NCBI GenBank assembly: GCA_973895155.1
Contig: OZ316892.1
Span: forward strand, 20,471,869-20,535,868
Direction of reading: 5' to 3'
Source: Marsupella aquatica
Lineage: Eukaryota; Plantae; Marchantiophyta
Length of the DNA stretch: 64,000 nt
Part shown: in pieces, positions 39,709 through 52,052 of the stretch
Layout of the letters: each line of letters begins with the position of its first letter
Position numbering within the stretch: the stretch's first letter is position 1
The notes under the pieces: model-generated
What the model was told of the DNA's origin: nothing
What the model saw: the letters and a program-made list of their open reading frames with translations, nothing else
Databases searched by the model: none
Program-made: the position numbers and the translations under genes

Positions 39709-42700
39709 CTACTTGTGATGCAATTGCAAAACCTGCAATACGTCACGGTGTCTAGAGAAACTCTCCAAAGGAATCACTTTGGTAAATGCGTCAGCCGGGT
39801 TGAGTTTACCATCAATCTTGACTACCTCAAACAAATTATCAGACACAGCCTGCCTGATAAAATGGTACCTGACGTCAATGTGCTTCACTCTGCTGTCCAT
39901 CACCTGGTTCACAGCAAGGTGGAGCGCACTTTGACTATCACAATGGAGCTTCACATTCCCCTGTGGCAATCCCATTTCAGTGATAAGTCTATCCAACCAA
40001 ATCGCTTCCTTTGCTGCTTTCGCAGCTGCAACATACTCCGCTTCTGTAGTAGACTGAGCAATACACTTCTGCAAAGTAGACCTCCAACTTATGCATCCAC
40101 CGCCAAGTGTGAACACGTATCCTGTTGTTGATCTCCTTCGGTCCAAATCTTGTCCATAGTCAGAATCTACATAGCCAATCAATGATCTAGCATTCGTTGC
40201 ATTCGCATCAAATAAAAGACCATGATCCACGGTACCCTTCAAGTACCTGATAATCCACTTCACTGCTTCCCAGTGTACCTTCCCTGGATTCGACATGTAC
40301 CTGCTCACCTTGCCCATAGCCATGGCAAGATCAGGTCTAGTGCAAGTCATCAAATACATGAGACTCCCCACTGCCTTGTCATATGGAACCTTTGACATCA
40401 ACCCCTTCTCTGTGTCATCCGTAGGACAGAACGCTGATGATAACTTGAAGTGTGGAGCCAACGGGGTACTTACTGGCTTGCTATTCTCCATGTTGAACCT
40501 TGCAATTACCTTCCTCGCATAACTGCTCTGCGTCAATCATAGCTTGCCAGCCTCCAAGTCCCTAGTGATCTCCATACCCAAAATCCTCTTAGCTGGCCCT
40601 AAGTCCTTCATCTTAAACTCTGCACTAAGCAGTGCCTTGAGCTTAACAATCTCAGACCTATCCTTGGCTGCAATTAGCATGTCATCCACATAAAGTACTA
40701 AAACAATGAACCCAAAGACAACATTCTTCACCGGTTTCAAATACACACAAGGGTCAAATACACTTCTGTGAAAACCTTGTGACCGAATCCAATCGTCAAA
40801 CCGCTTGTTCCACTGTCTTGGTGACTGCTTCAACCCATACAAGGATTTCAGCAATCTGCAAACCAATTCCTCCTGTCCTCTCTTCACAAAACCTAGCGGT
40901 TGTCTCATGAAGATCACCTCTTCCAATGTGCCATAGAGGAAAGCTGTGACAACATCCATCTGATCTAGGAGCAGACCAAACATTACAACAAGTACACACA
41001 ATAGTCGTATTGTAGAGTACTTAGCAACTGGTGAGAAGACCTCATTGTAATCCACACCTTTCTCTTATGTGAATCCCTTTGCTACCAATCTAGCCTTGTA
41101 GACCTTCGATCCACCTCCTATGGAATTATCTTTCAGCTTGTAAATCCACTTGCTGTCCACCACTTGCTGACCCTTAGGCAGCTTAACAAGCTCCCAAGTT
41201 TTGTTGTCCTTTAGTGACTGCATCTCCGTTTGCATTGCTGCAGTCCACTTCTGCTTCTCTTTTGAAGCACTTGCCTCATGAAATGAAGAAGGTTCTCCTT
41301 CTTCCAAAATTAACGCATCACCCTCATCATCAGCTGTAAAATCATCCTCTTGCAGTTGAGATGAATCAACCCACTGTCCATACCTTGATGGAGCGCGTAC
41401 AGTGCGACCAGATGTTCTTCTAGCCGATGACTCCGGTTGATCTGCGTGTGCTGGTACAATTTGAAGCTCAATAGCATCCACTTGTTGCTCACCAGCATCA
41501 ACAAACTCCTCTGGTTCCTCTGGCACAGGAACCAGCTCCATAATTGGAGCAACTCCTTCTCTCCGGTCATGCACCTCATAACCAATCTCCCCCTCAACGA
41601 GATCCGGGATAGGAGATTTTCCTTTGTCAGTACGGGAGACCTGAGTATTCTCCCCCTCCTTCAATAATCTCGATTCATTGAAGGAAACATCCCTACTGAC
41701 AACGAGCTTACAGGCAATAGGATCCCATAGCCTATAGGCTTTCACACCACTCTGGTACCCAAGAAAAACACATTTCCTGGAGGTAGGATCCAACTTGGTC
41801 CTATTCTGCTTTGGTGTGAGAGCATATGCATCACTTCCAAAAATTACCAAGCCATGATAGTCTGCTTGCCGCTTATAGCGCATCTCAAATGGCATTTTGA
41901 AATTGATAGCACTAGAAGGAGAAAGATTTACCAAATAAGCTGCAGTATTGACAGCTTCTGCCCAAAATTCTTGTGGTAAACCTGATTGGCTCAACATACT
42001 CCGTGACCGCTCCAATAGTGTCCGATTGAGCCTCTCAGCGACACCATTCTGCTGCGGAGTATAAACTGTGGTGAGATGGCGAGTTATCCCCTGTTCTGAA
42101 CAGTACTCTTCAAATTCCATTGAAGTGTACTCCCCGCCGTTGTCTGACCTCAGACTCTTCACCCTTGTATCCAAACACTTGATCGTGTTTCCAATCTGAT
42201 TCTCCACCTGGGCCTTCCACTTCTTAAAAATGGACAAGACATCAGACTTATGCATCATGAAATAAATCCACACAAATCTTGAGTAATCATCAATAAATGA
42301 TACATAGTACAACTTTCCAGAGTGTGAGGGAGTCGGGGATGGACCCCACACGTCACTATGTATGTACTCAAGAACCGCTTTGGAACGATGAGTTCCAACA
42401 CCAAAAGCACGACGATGCTGCTTTCCAAGAATGCAATGCTCACAAAACTCTAATTTACAAGATTGCAAATCAGAAATGAGTCCATTCTTCCGTAAGATAG
42501 CCAAACCCTTCTCACTCATGTGGCCTAGCCGTGAATGCCACAGTTGAGTCATCTCCTCGTGAGACTTGGTTACATTGGCCTCTCCACATACAGTATTGCC
42601 CTGTAACACATACAAATTCTTTTGTCTACTCCCCTTCAAAATCACTATCTCTCCCGACCTGACTTGAAGTTCACCATCAATAACGCTCCATTGATGACCA

Positions 42701-44016
42701 TTTGAATCCAACACACCGAGTAAAATCAGATTCTTACGCATGCCAGGTACATACCTGACTCCGGACACTGTGCGCACAGCGCCATCAAACATTTGAATCT
42801 TCACAGACCCAATTCCCTCAATTTGACAGGAGTGATCATTTCCCATCAGAACTGAACCGTTTGAAACAGAGTAAGAACTGAAAAACTCACGAATGTAACA
42901 AATATGAAAAGAGCAAGCACAATCAAGAATCCACACATCATCTGCTCTCCTAGATGACGTGCACAGGGCATACCCCCAGCTTCATAAAACATACTCATCA
43001 TTGAGTAAATCAGCTTCTCCATCAGCCCTAGCCACATTTGCCGATGAAGTTTCCGCTGCCTTTCCCTTACAGTCTCGCTTGAAGTGTCCAACTTGGTTGC
43101 ACTTCCAACATGTCACCTGCCTCCTCTGAGGGGATTTACCCTTGGACTTAGATCTGGATTTAGATCTAAACTGGGTTCTACGGTCCCCAGTTGGTCACTG
43201 CATACTCCTCCCACGGTTAACATTGAGGGCAGCACCAGATGATGAAGGCTGTGATGTGATGTGCATCTTCTGCTGAAGATCATCACTAAGCAGAGAACTT
43301 ACCACGTCATTGTATGAAATGGTATCCCTATCACGATGCAACAACACTCGTGATAGAGACTGGTAAGATGGAGGCAATGAACTAAGAAGCTGTAGAGCCT
43401 TCGTCTCATCATTCAAAGTCTCCCCAAGGTTTTCCAAGTCAACGACCATGTCGTTGAAAGCATCCACATGGTCTTGCAACTTCGTACCAGATTCCTTCAT
43501 CCTGAAACTCATCAGTTTGTAGGAAGTGTAGAGCCGGTTCGACAACTCCTTGCGGTGATACTTGCTCTGCAATTCCGCAAACAAGGACATGCAATCCTTA
43601 TGTGCACCTAACTGCTTGATGATGGGAGGCATGAGATAGAGTGTAACACACCACACTCCCTGCTCCTGCATGTGGTCCCATTGTTTCTCATCAACATCGT
43701 CTTCACGAGGGCTCAGCAGTTGGCCCATCCCTGACGCATAAAGCACTCCCTTCACCTGCTTCTCCCATAGCAAGTAGTCAGAGCGCCCATCATACTTTGT
43801 CACTTCATACTTGGGTCCCCCAAGCTTGAAAGTCCCCATCTTCTTCTTTACCGTGAGCTCCGGTAGTAGTACTGCTTCCTCCACCATACGCCGCACCGGT
43901 GATGGTATTGGTGTCACGTGCTCTTCCTCCTGCTCCTCTCTCTGCCCCTGAAACCTCCGCGGTGATCCTCGTGCTTCAAGTTTCACGTCTTCGAAAAACT
44001 CCTCCGAATCACTCAT
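39709..44016 (-). pseudogene. Copia gag-pol polyprotein in one reading frame, interrupted by four in-frame stops
   Basis: UBN2-type gag, zinc knuckle CWKCNQVGHFKRDC, protease WILDCACSFH, GAG-pre-integrase LWHSRLGH, integrase HSDVWGP/RSDNGGEY/QQNGVAER, RT KARLVAKGF/LYVDDML, RNaseH DSDY/STTEAEY/KHID. Stops at 43195-43197, 42982-42984, 41065-41067 and 40537-40539. Confidence 0.93.
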
Positions 44017-45156
44017 ATGAGAAAGTCACAAAAAATGTTGTTTTTCACAACTTCTCAAAAAACTCGAAACTCAACACCGCCGCGTAGCCCACAAAGCTAG
44101 GAGTCCAATACTGAAAACCAAAATCAAAATCGAAATTTGACGGAAAAGTTATTCAAATTTCGGTCGAGGTGGGTAAAACCTTGGGAAACTCCCCCATTTT
44201 GACCACCTCAGGGAATAACCGAAATACCAAGTACAACCCGTTGTCGGAATTGCGATGTGATTGGTGCGCTGCATTGCCAACTTCAATGGCTACGACCTCG
44301 CCGAAAAATAACCAAAAAAGTTACCGTTCGGCGGATGAAATCTTTGTCGGACGGTCAAAAAATAGCTCTCTGGTTTTTTAGAATATTCTATGACCCTTGT
44401 ACAGGCCCTGTGGGAATTTTGGAAGAACAATCGAGGGGCTGACATGTGTCCTCGAACCCCCAAAACCCCCTACCACCCTTCGTCGTCGAAATCTGGTCGC
44501 GCGCGCAGAAAATACACACGGCAGAATGTACCCCTCGACACCAAACGCAAGATATCTCACTCGGGTTTTGACGAAATCAAGATCCGATTTCAGATTTGGA
44601 AACTAGACTCCGAGGCGATGAAGATCGATATAAGAAGCACCCAAAACGAGGAAAGAACGAGGGAGAAAAAAATTGGTAAAGATGACAGATTTCTCTCAAT
44701 TGCCATAGCCAATTTCGAATCAGTTTTTCAAAGAGAAAAAAATGGTACCTTGTCAACAACGAATGTTGATCAATTGCACTTGGTGCCGTCACCAAGTCCA
44801 ACAAGGTAATTGATTTTGCTTAGCCTTCCTCTTTGCATCAAAGAGCCAATCCCGGACTCAAAAACAATCGTCTTGCCTCAATCTCTCCGTTGAGTCAAAA
44901 CACTTGACGCTTCTCCCTCCGAGTCGATTGCCAACTTTCTTCACAAAATCCAGAACGACGAAAACTTAGATCTCTCTGCACCATGAGCTCCGTTCAACGA
45001 TTTCTTCACACCGTTAGAAAGCTCTTGCCCTGATCTATCCGTTGAGCCCATAAACTCCAAGTTCCATGCGATGGAACTCTGGAAAATCCACCAACACTCA
45101 ACGTTGGAAAAACCGTCATGAAATCCCGTCACGAACACACGTCACCTCCCAAGCAT

Positions 45157-45168
45157 GCTCTGATACCA
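45157..45168 (-). promoter_or_regulatory. Primer-binding site (tRNA-iMet)
   Basis: Minus strand reads TGGTATCAGAGC, 2 nt inside the 5' LTR. Confidence 0.92.
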
Positions 45169-45170
45169 AT

Positions 45171-45591
45171 TGTTGAGCATAGACGACGATCGCAACGGCA
45201 AGCCCATGAACCATCCAACGCACAATAGTCGACACAAGAGATACGTGGTTCACCTCCTTGAGGCTACGTCCACGGGAACACACAAGAGAGCTTTACTGAA
45301 CTCTAAGCCCGTCGGCTATACCGAGTCTCCACAGTGTAAGCTCTCCCTATCTCTCAAGTGGCTCCATAACAATGAGCCTTGGTTCTACCTCTCCAAGCAC
45401 ACATGCCTCTTATGATATAGTGTGCAACTTAGTTGTACCTAACCACATAGTTGTACCTAATCACGTAGTTGTACCTAACCACATAGTTGTACCTAATCAC
45501 GTAGTTGTACCTAACCACGTAGTTGTACCAACCCACGTTGTTGTACCAACCACGTCATACCTAACCTAGACGTAAGAGTAAATACCCAACA
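45171..45591 (-). repeat. 5' LTR of copia (421 bp), with an 18-bp tandem array
   Basis: (agttgtacctaaccacat/gt)n array at ~45431-45553. Confidence 0.97.
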
Positions 45592-45940
45592 ATCAGTGCA
45601 ATGCGTTGGCATTGGGCTTGGCAACAACATTGCTGCAAGACTAGCATATCCACAACACCCTCATGGTCAGAGTGACTACATCGTCTTTGCTCACCTTGAC
45701 ATCTTTTTTCTCTCTTTGACATCTTTTATCACTTGGACATCTTTTGCTTACCTTTATAGTTTTCTCTCCTCAACATCTTTTGTTCACTTTGACATCATGT
45801 ATCTCCTCGACATCTTTTGTCACCTCAACATCTTTCATGCAATGCACGGGCATTGAGTTCTTGCTGGAAAACATGCATGGACCCTTACATCAATCCTATG
45901 GATTACATTGACATATGACAAATCACTTTCTTTTTTATTA

Positions 45941-46173
45941 CGTAGGGTCCAATTTCCCATTCGAGTGGCATATGCAATGACCATAAACAAGCTCAAGGTC
46001 AGACTTTAGAACATGTAGGGTTACAGCTTTCAAAGCTTGTATTTAGTCATAGACAGTTGTATATAGCATTTTCAAGGGCAACATCTCCTACGACTATCAA
46101 GGTTTTACTTTTGGATTCTGAGGAGGGTCAAGCAGAGTTGACCAAAAAAATGTGTATGATGAGGTTCTTTATT
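45941..46173 (+). pseudogene. Helitron PIF1-like helicase C-terminal remnant (frameshifted)
   Basis: Manual translation RVQFPIRVAYAMTIN-/-AQGQTLEHVGLQLSKLVFSHRQLYIAFSRATSP...VYDEVL matches the Helitron consensus QFPxRxAFAMTINKSQGQT...VFSHGQLYVAxSR. Confidence 0.88.
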
Positions 46174-47188
46174 CCTTGAAAGAGACCATTTAATAAATTT
46201 TGATTGTTCCCCCGCGAAAAACCCCACGGGAAGGGCGAACAGAGAAGGCCCAAAAAGGCCAGACAACAGACCCCGCCACAGGGTAACCCCCACGAGTGTC
46301 GGGGCAGACCAAGGGCACAGGACCAACAAGCACAGGGAAAAAGAGACACATCTACCACCTACACATCACATGGACAACGAATCACATCACTAACACCAGC
46401 CAGTCACATCCCAGTGACGATGCAGCCGCTGCCAAAAGAGAGCCAACCCCTACGCCTCTCATCAATCCAGGCTTTGGCCCTAAGAAGTCTGGTGCATTTC
46501 CTACCCGGAAGAGAACGGCGACTAACCGCATACAGATTCTCAGCCGCCTAAGTAAGAACCAGGCCCAAATCAAATGAGCGTCTGCCATGCAATTGGAACA
46601 TATGTGTGTTCCGCCCCATCCAAAGCCGCCACAGAATCTGATGCAAAACAAAAAGTTGTGCAACCTGCTTCGCATCTTTCCCACAAGCAGCCTCCAACAA
46701 GACATTCAGACCTCGACCGAATGGCAAACCCAATCCACTAAGAAAAGCCTGACATATGCTCCAGCTTCTAACTGCATGTGTACATCCGAAAAAAATATGG
46801 GGAATAGTCTCCAATATCCCGCAGCAAAGTTTGCACTCTCCATTGCTTACATCGATTCTGAGCGCACGCTCTCCAGAGAAAAGACCCCCAACAATAATTC
46901 TCCATATAAAGGTCTTGCCTCTGACTGGCAAATCAGAGCTCCATAGCTTAGTCCATCTCACATTCCAAACCATCTCCGGTTGGGAGAGAGACCAAATCCT
47001 GTTAAGCCTCTCATGAGTAGAGGTCTTGGGTCTCAAAAAATCATATACTCGACAGTTCTCAATCCTGAAGTTCCTCAGACCAACTCCCGCCTTGTCACTC
47101 CAGCGCCATTGCTTGGCATACAGGAAGTATTCAGTACAACAGAAATCTGTGCTCCACAGACGCTCCAAGAAAGACCTGGCCAACAGCA
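46174..47188 (-). mobile_element. 5'-truncated L1-type LINE (zf-RVT C-terminus plus 3' UTR)
   Basis: ORF 46548-47189 has KTFIWRI...CKLCCGILETIPHIFFGC...LWRLWMGRN. Perfect 18-bp TSD atgatgaggttctttatt at 46156-46173 and 47189-47206. Confidence 0.9.
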
Positions 47189-47809
47189 ATGATGAGGTTC
47201 TTTATTGAACGGATGAATAAAGATTGAATGTATCACTTTTATATTAATATGTTTGACTTTTTGCCTGAATTACATGTTTGCAATGCACAACCATGTTTGC
47301 CTGGCCTCAAAAACTTACCCTCACCTCGACATCTTGCCCTCGCCTCCAAATCATACCCTCACCTTGACATCTTGCCCTCTCCTTGATATGTTGCCCTCTC
47401 CTCGACATCTTGCCCTCACTCGAAGTCTTTCGTGCAACGCACGGGCATGGGGCTAGTTATTGAATAGGATAGGAAAAAAACACATACTTTTTACAGAAAA
47501 GGGCCAAAAAAGAGTACAAAAGAATAAACAAGAGAGGTCCCAATTGGACAAAACCAAACGCAAAAGAAGTGAGCAAAAAGACACCCCTAAAAACCAAGAA
47601 AGAGGAACTAAAACAAGTGAGCAAAAGGAAACCCCTAAAAACCAAGAAAGAGTAACTAAAATTACCTCAAATGGACCGAGGTCCTCATCATTCCTAGCAA
47701 ATGTGGCAAAAGCTAATGGTCTACATCAAGTGTCGAAACTAAATCAACAAGTGGGATTGGGATGTCCTATAGGGGGCTAGCCACTGTGGAGTCACGCTAG
47801 CACCCACTG

Positions 47810-48870
47810 TCAAAGACCGACAATAGATGGCCCGAGCTTGAGCACGCTATAAGGTGACTGAAATGCGTTGGCGAAAGTGTGTGATCAAAACAGATAGCGG
47901 GGGTCCGGTGGAACTCATCCGGTCGTGAACATCCCGAGTAGCTTGGCGAAGAAGCCCGTCAAACTGATGATGGAGACACCCAAATGTCTCAAGAACAAGG
48001 GGCAGGAAGCTATCAGATGAAGCTCGTGCAGCATATTTGGCCTCCTTCGTTGTTGCTGCTCGTGATGTTGTTGCCCCTGCCGTTGTTGCCGCTGTCCCAA
48101 TGATGTATTGGCGCAATGGGTTTGCCACCACTACATCTGCCAAAGTACGTTGACCCTCACGGACCATGGTAAGATCCACCCGTAACCGTTGTGATGGAGG
48201 ACCAGGTAACTCGAGCACCACCTCCCGCCGTGTGCAGACCAAAGAGAGCAGTGGCATCTCTCACAGCGTCGTGAACAAAAATGGTTTCGCCGCCCAAACT
48301 GCACCGAAGAAGATGGACACATGTGGCATCACAAGGCTTCCCACAAGTGCAAGTAGGAGGTAAACCAGCAAGAAGTGGGTGGGGCAAGCCCATACAAAGA
48401 TGCATGGCTGTCGCAAACTCCACTGAAGACATTTGTAGGTGAGGAATGACTGGATTGGCCTGAAGCCAGCCTCCTGCGCTCTTCCCTCCGGAAGAAAGAA
48501 TCCGAGCTCGATCCATGTCAGGTGCCTCGATGAGGATGTTGGAGAGGGTGAAAGCGTGCATACGCCCAGCAAGGTCTGCCTGGAGACAGACGGGGTCCAA
48601 GGATAAAAACTCCTGAAATGAAGGTAACGCGGCTCGAACAAGATCTGGTAATGATGACCGCACCGAGTGCAAATGAACCTGAAAAGGGAGGGAACCCTCC
48701 TCTACCTCCATGAGAGACGAAAGTAAAAAAGGTCGATCCTCAGTAAGGAAACGATCTGTCAACAATGAGAAGGGGGCCGCCCACGTGCCCAAAAAGGCCA
48801 AAGGTGCAAGGTGTTCAGTGGAAGTAAGCCCAAAATCACCGTGAGAAATAGGAAGATGCGTGGATAGGGC
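47810..48870 (-). mobile_element. CRE-like non-LTR retrotransposon fragment (zinc knuckle plus restriction-like endonuclease)
   Basis: LPISHGDFGL...AGGWLQANP...CTCGKPCDATCVHLLRC..HDAVRD, then after a frameshift RVDL...ADVVV...KEAKY...FLPLVLETFG...QRISVTL*RAQA. This is the CCHC + PD-(D/E)xK RLE layout of CRE/R2-group elements. Confidence 0.8.
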
Positions 48871-49419
48871 AGGATCATACGTAGTAGCTTTTTGTTCTTT
48901 CCCCTCACAACTTGTCCTTCTCTGAACTTCCATGGTTTGCCATATATTAAACATATCTCGATCAATCAACTCACTACTTCCCTCTGTGGGCGCTTTTGTC
49001 GTAATCCAGATCATAGAATAATGTCACAATAGGTGACATAGGGTAAAATTTCAAAGATTATCAATATTTCTATGGCATTTGAGAATCTTACCCTTATGTT
49101 GGTTGTGGTCTAGATATTGGATGCTGGAGCGAGACTTATGGCTTGTGGGGTCGCCACCAGCAAGTTAGACGTGAGAATGTCTAATTAAAGAGTTGTGAAT
49201 TTTAAACTGATCAATCAGCAGGAGCATGCAAGTCCAAGATCTCAATCGGGTCCGGTGACTTAAAAAGCAACGTAGGGCTTTTATTTTGCTTTGCTGCATT
49301 GGCATCTGGAGCTTTTGGCTGGTGCTTCTATCTGTAGTGAAGGGAATAAACTCAGAGTTTGAATCCCTATGCAAAAGCTCAACAATTAAATAACTATTGG
49401 AGCAATTAGTATGTGCCAC

Positions 49420-49736
49420 ATGGGACAGAGCAAAATAATGGTTACTTTACTCAATTTTCTTCTTCTATGATGCTTAAAGTCGTTGTTGAAACCTACGAGC
49501 TATTATATTTGTTTTATAACAATTGACTGAATCATATGATATCCTGTGGAGTCCATTTGTCTGTGTGTACAGCCATATGGGACAGAGCAAAATAATGGTT
49601 ACTTTACTCAATTTTATTCTTCTATGATGCTTAAAGTCGTTGTTGAAACCTACGAGCTATTATATTTGTTTTATAACAATTGACTGAATCATATGATATC
49701 CTGTGGAGTCCATTTGTCTGTGTGTACAGCCATATG
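49420..49736. repeat. 157-bp near-perfect tandem duplication
   Basis: 49420-49576 is repeated at 49577-49733 with one visible mismatch; junction microhomology gcca(c/t)atg. Confidence 0.92.
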
Positions 49737-51655
49737 ACTCGGTGTTTGAATTACATAAGCCAAAGGGCACAACAAAAATACAAGTCATATTTTCCATGGT
49801 TTCCAGCTTCAAGAAGTCAGCGATGCCCATTTGTCTAGTACGTGGAAATGTGGAAATGGCGATTCTGCTTGGCCCCAGACTTGGCTGGAAGATGAGTTCC
49901 CTGTAGCTAAGTAATATTCATGTTCCATGTAACTATTGTAGCTAAAGCTCTTGAAAGTGATAGTGTCGGGGATAGTGTCCTTAGTTTTGACTTCATGGAC
50001 AGGCCCGCAAGGTGAATCTAAAATTTTGGTTTCAGTCCAGACGCCAGTTTGTAGTCTTTCGAATCTCACTCAGATGCTCACTCTCTTGAAAGTGAATGAT
50101 GTAGCTGGAGTATGAAACTACACATATGCTTACAACGTATCTAGTTTGCTTGAATATGGTGTACATATTTGTGGGACCATGTCTGATAGCCATGATAAAG
50201 TTTTTGGAGCATATATCTATATACACCTAGGGGCACTAATGTTGATTCAGAAGAATTTAGCTATGGATAGCCATGAGATTCTATGGCAATCCAAATGGCA
50301 TGGTTTTCATTGAAATATATGCTCTATATAATTGTAGTTGTCCGGTAGAGATTAGATCCAAGGGGGAGATTGCAGATCGGAATTGAATAGCTAGCTATTG
50401 TAGCCAAAATGAGGGTGCTATCTGAGCAATCATTACATAATTGGGATGGTATTTGGGAGCCTTCTAATTTCTGGGTGATTTTCATCCTTCTTTGTATTCA
50501 GTTCTATTGTACATATTTTTCCTCATTGATGGCTAAGGTTTGGTTCAAATGAGGATACTAACCAACATGATCATCTTTGACTGTTGGTGCTTGCCTGTAA
50601 AGCCAGGATTCTAGGAAGGACAACTTTTTGTGTGAAATTTTGACAAGGACTCACATGAGTGTTTTGTAAGTTTTGTCTTAAATCTAGCTCTTTTTTAACA
50701 TGCTGGTAGTGGTATATTTGGAGGAATGTGTCGAAGGACGTGAGGATACAACTACCATTGGTCCCCGTGCCACCCTAGAAAAGGCCGGTGCTTATTTCCC
50801 TTCTCCAAGTTTATTTATCCACCTTGGTCTCTTTAATTGTTGGGTATCTTTTTGCACTGTTGCACTTTTGATTTGTGCTAGGCCCATGCTTGACATGCAA
50901 GGACCAGGATGAACCTAACTGCGTCTTACTTTGCAAGTTGTACAGTAGACATTTGTCTATCTGAGTAGTAAAGTTCACTAACATGCACTCGAGATAGAAT
51001 TTCTTCAAGTGACCTTTATATCTGTTAGAGGTTTTTAATGAAATTGATAATTATTGCAAACTAATTCATTCTTGTTTTTTATCAATGAAACAAGCAAAAA
51101 GCCCATCTTGTGCTGAAACTATTTCAATAAGAAAGAATTTCAAGCTTTCACCATACTATTCTCATGTTCAAGTATGACCAATGATTGGTTGACATAAGAT
51201 ACATCTGACTACTGCAAATGAATATTAGATTGCTCGATGGTTGGTATACATGATAACCAATCAAATTAAAGTTTTTGTTTGACGTTGTGGGTGGGTTTTG
51301 CTTTGTGTGCACCCAAGAATCAAGGAATAAAAGCCAGGAGAAGAATTCAAATAAGGATTGATATAAAGTTTTGCTGGTTGCTAGAAGTCATTGTAAGTTA
51401 CCTCCATATCTTGTTTGTCTTCTTTAGGTCAGTTTTCTCATTTGGGATTTTTGTGCTTGTGGTATTTCTGTATGTTGTAATTGTGGATATATCTCTTCCT
51501 GCATCAATCCCGCTGTCTAGCTCCACCAGTTTGAAGACCGTCCCGGGCTAGAGAGCTTTCGAGTCGTCTAAGAGAGGACTATGTGTTGAGATTTCATCAA
51601 GCAACCCTGACGTTTGTCTTGTTGAGACTACTGAAGATGTCAATGAGGCTCGTTC

Positions 51656-51945
51656 TCCTCAATCCAAGGGGTGTCCCATATCACGCGCAAAGTTTTGGGG
51701 AATAAACACCCTAAAACTTAAGTCAATAAAGTTTTTTATGAATTTTTTTACCCCTAACTTGATGGAATATTCCCAAATTTGATTTTAAGAAACCCTACGA
51801 TTCTTATAATTCTCAAATTAAATTGGATTTAAATAACCCTAATATTCTTCAACAAAAATTTGAAAGTATTTAACTAAACCCAATAAAAAAACCCTATATT
51901 TATTCGCACGTGATGAGTCAGCAGAAAAAAAGTGAGGACCCGGGG
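51656..51945 (-). mobile_element. MITE, inverted homologue of 26885-27189
   Basis: Reverse complement aligns along its length with 26885-27185. Confidence 0.75.
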
Positions 51946-52052
51946 CAATGAGAACATCATCTTTGCAGAAGCAATCAATGACCCCAGGTGGAGCGTTGCT
52001 ATGGCTGACGAATTTGAATCACTTATTAAGAATGAGACTTGGGATCTGGTCC

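Larger units (their letters stand above)
39133..45591 (-). mobile_element. Full-length Ty1/copia LTR retrotransposon
   Basis: TG..CA LTRs at 39133-39517 and 45171-45591; 5-bp TSD ATCAG (39128-39132, 45592-45596); domain order gag-PR-INT-RT-RNaseH. Confidence 0.97.
37935..47456 (+). mobile_element. Non-autonomous Helitron hosting a nested copia and an L1
   Basis: 5' A|TCTACTTCTATAAT at 37935; 3' hairpin cgtgc-aac-gcacg (47431-47443) then CTAG|T at 47456; internal PIF1-helicase C-terminal remnant. The 5' boundary is less certain than the 3'. Confidence 0.75.

Noticed and set aside
45372-45569. Regular 18-bp repeats and a VVPNH-repeat ORF resembling a CRISPR array or repeat protein
   Set aside because: No unique spacers; it is the tandem array inside the copia LTR.
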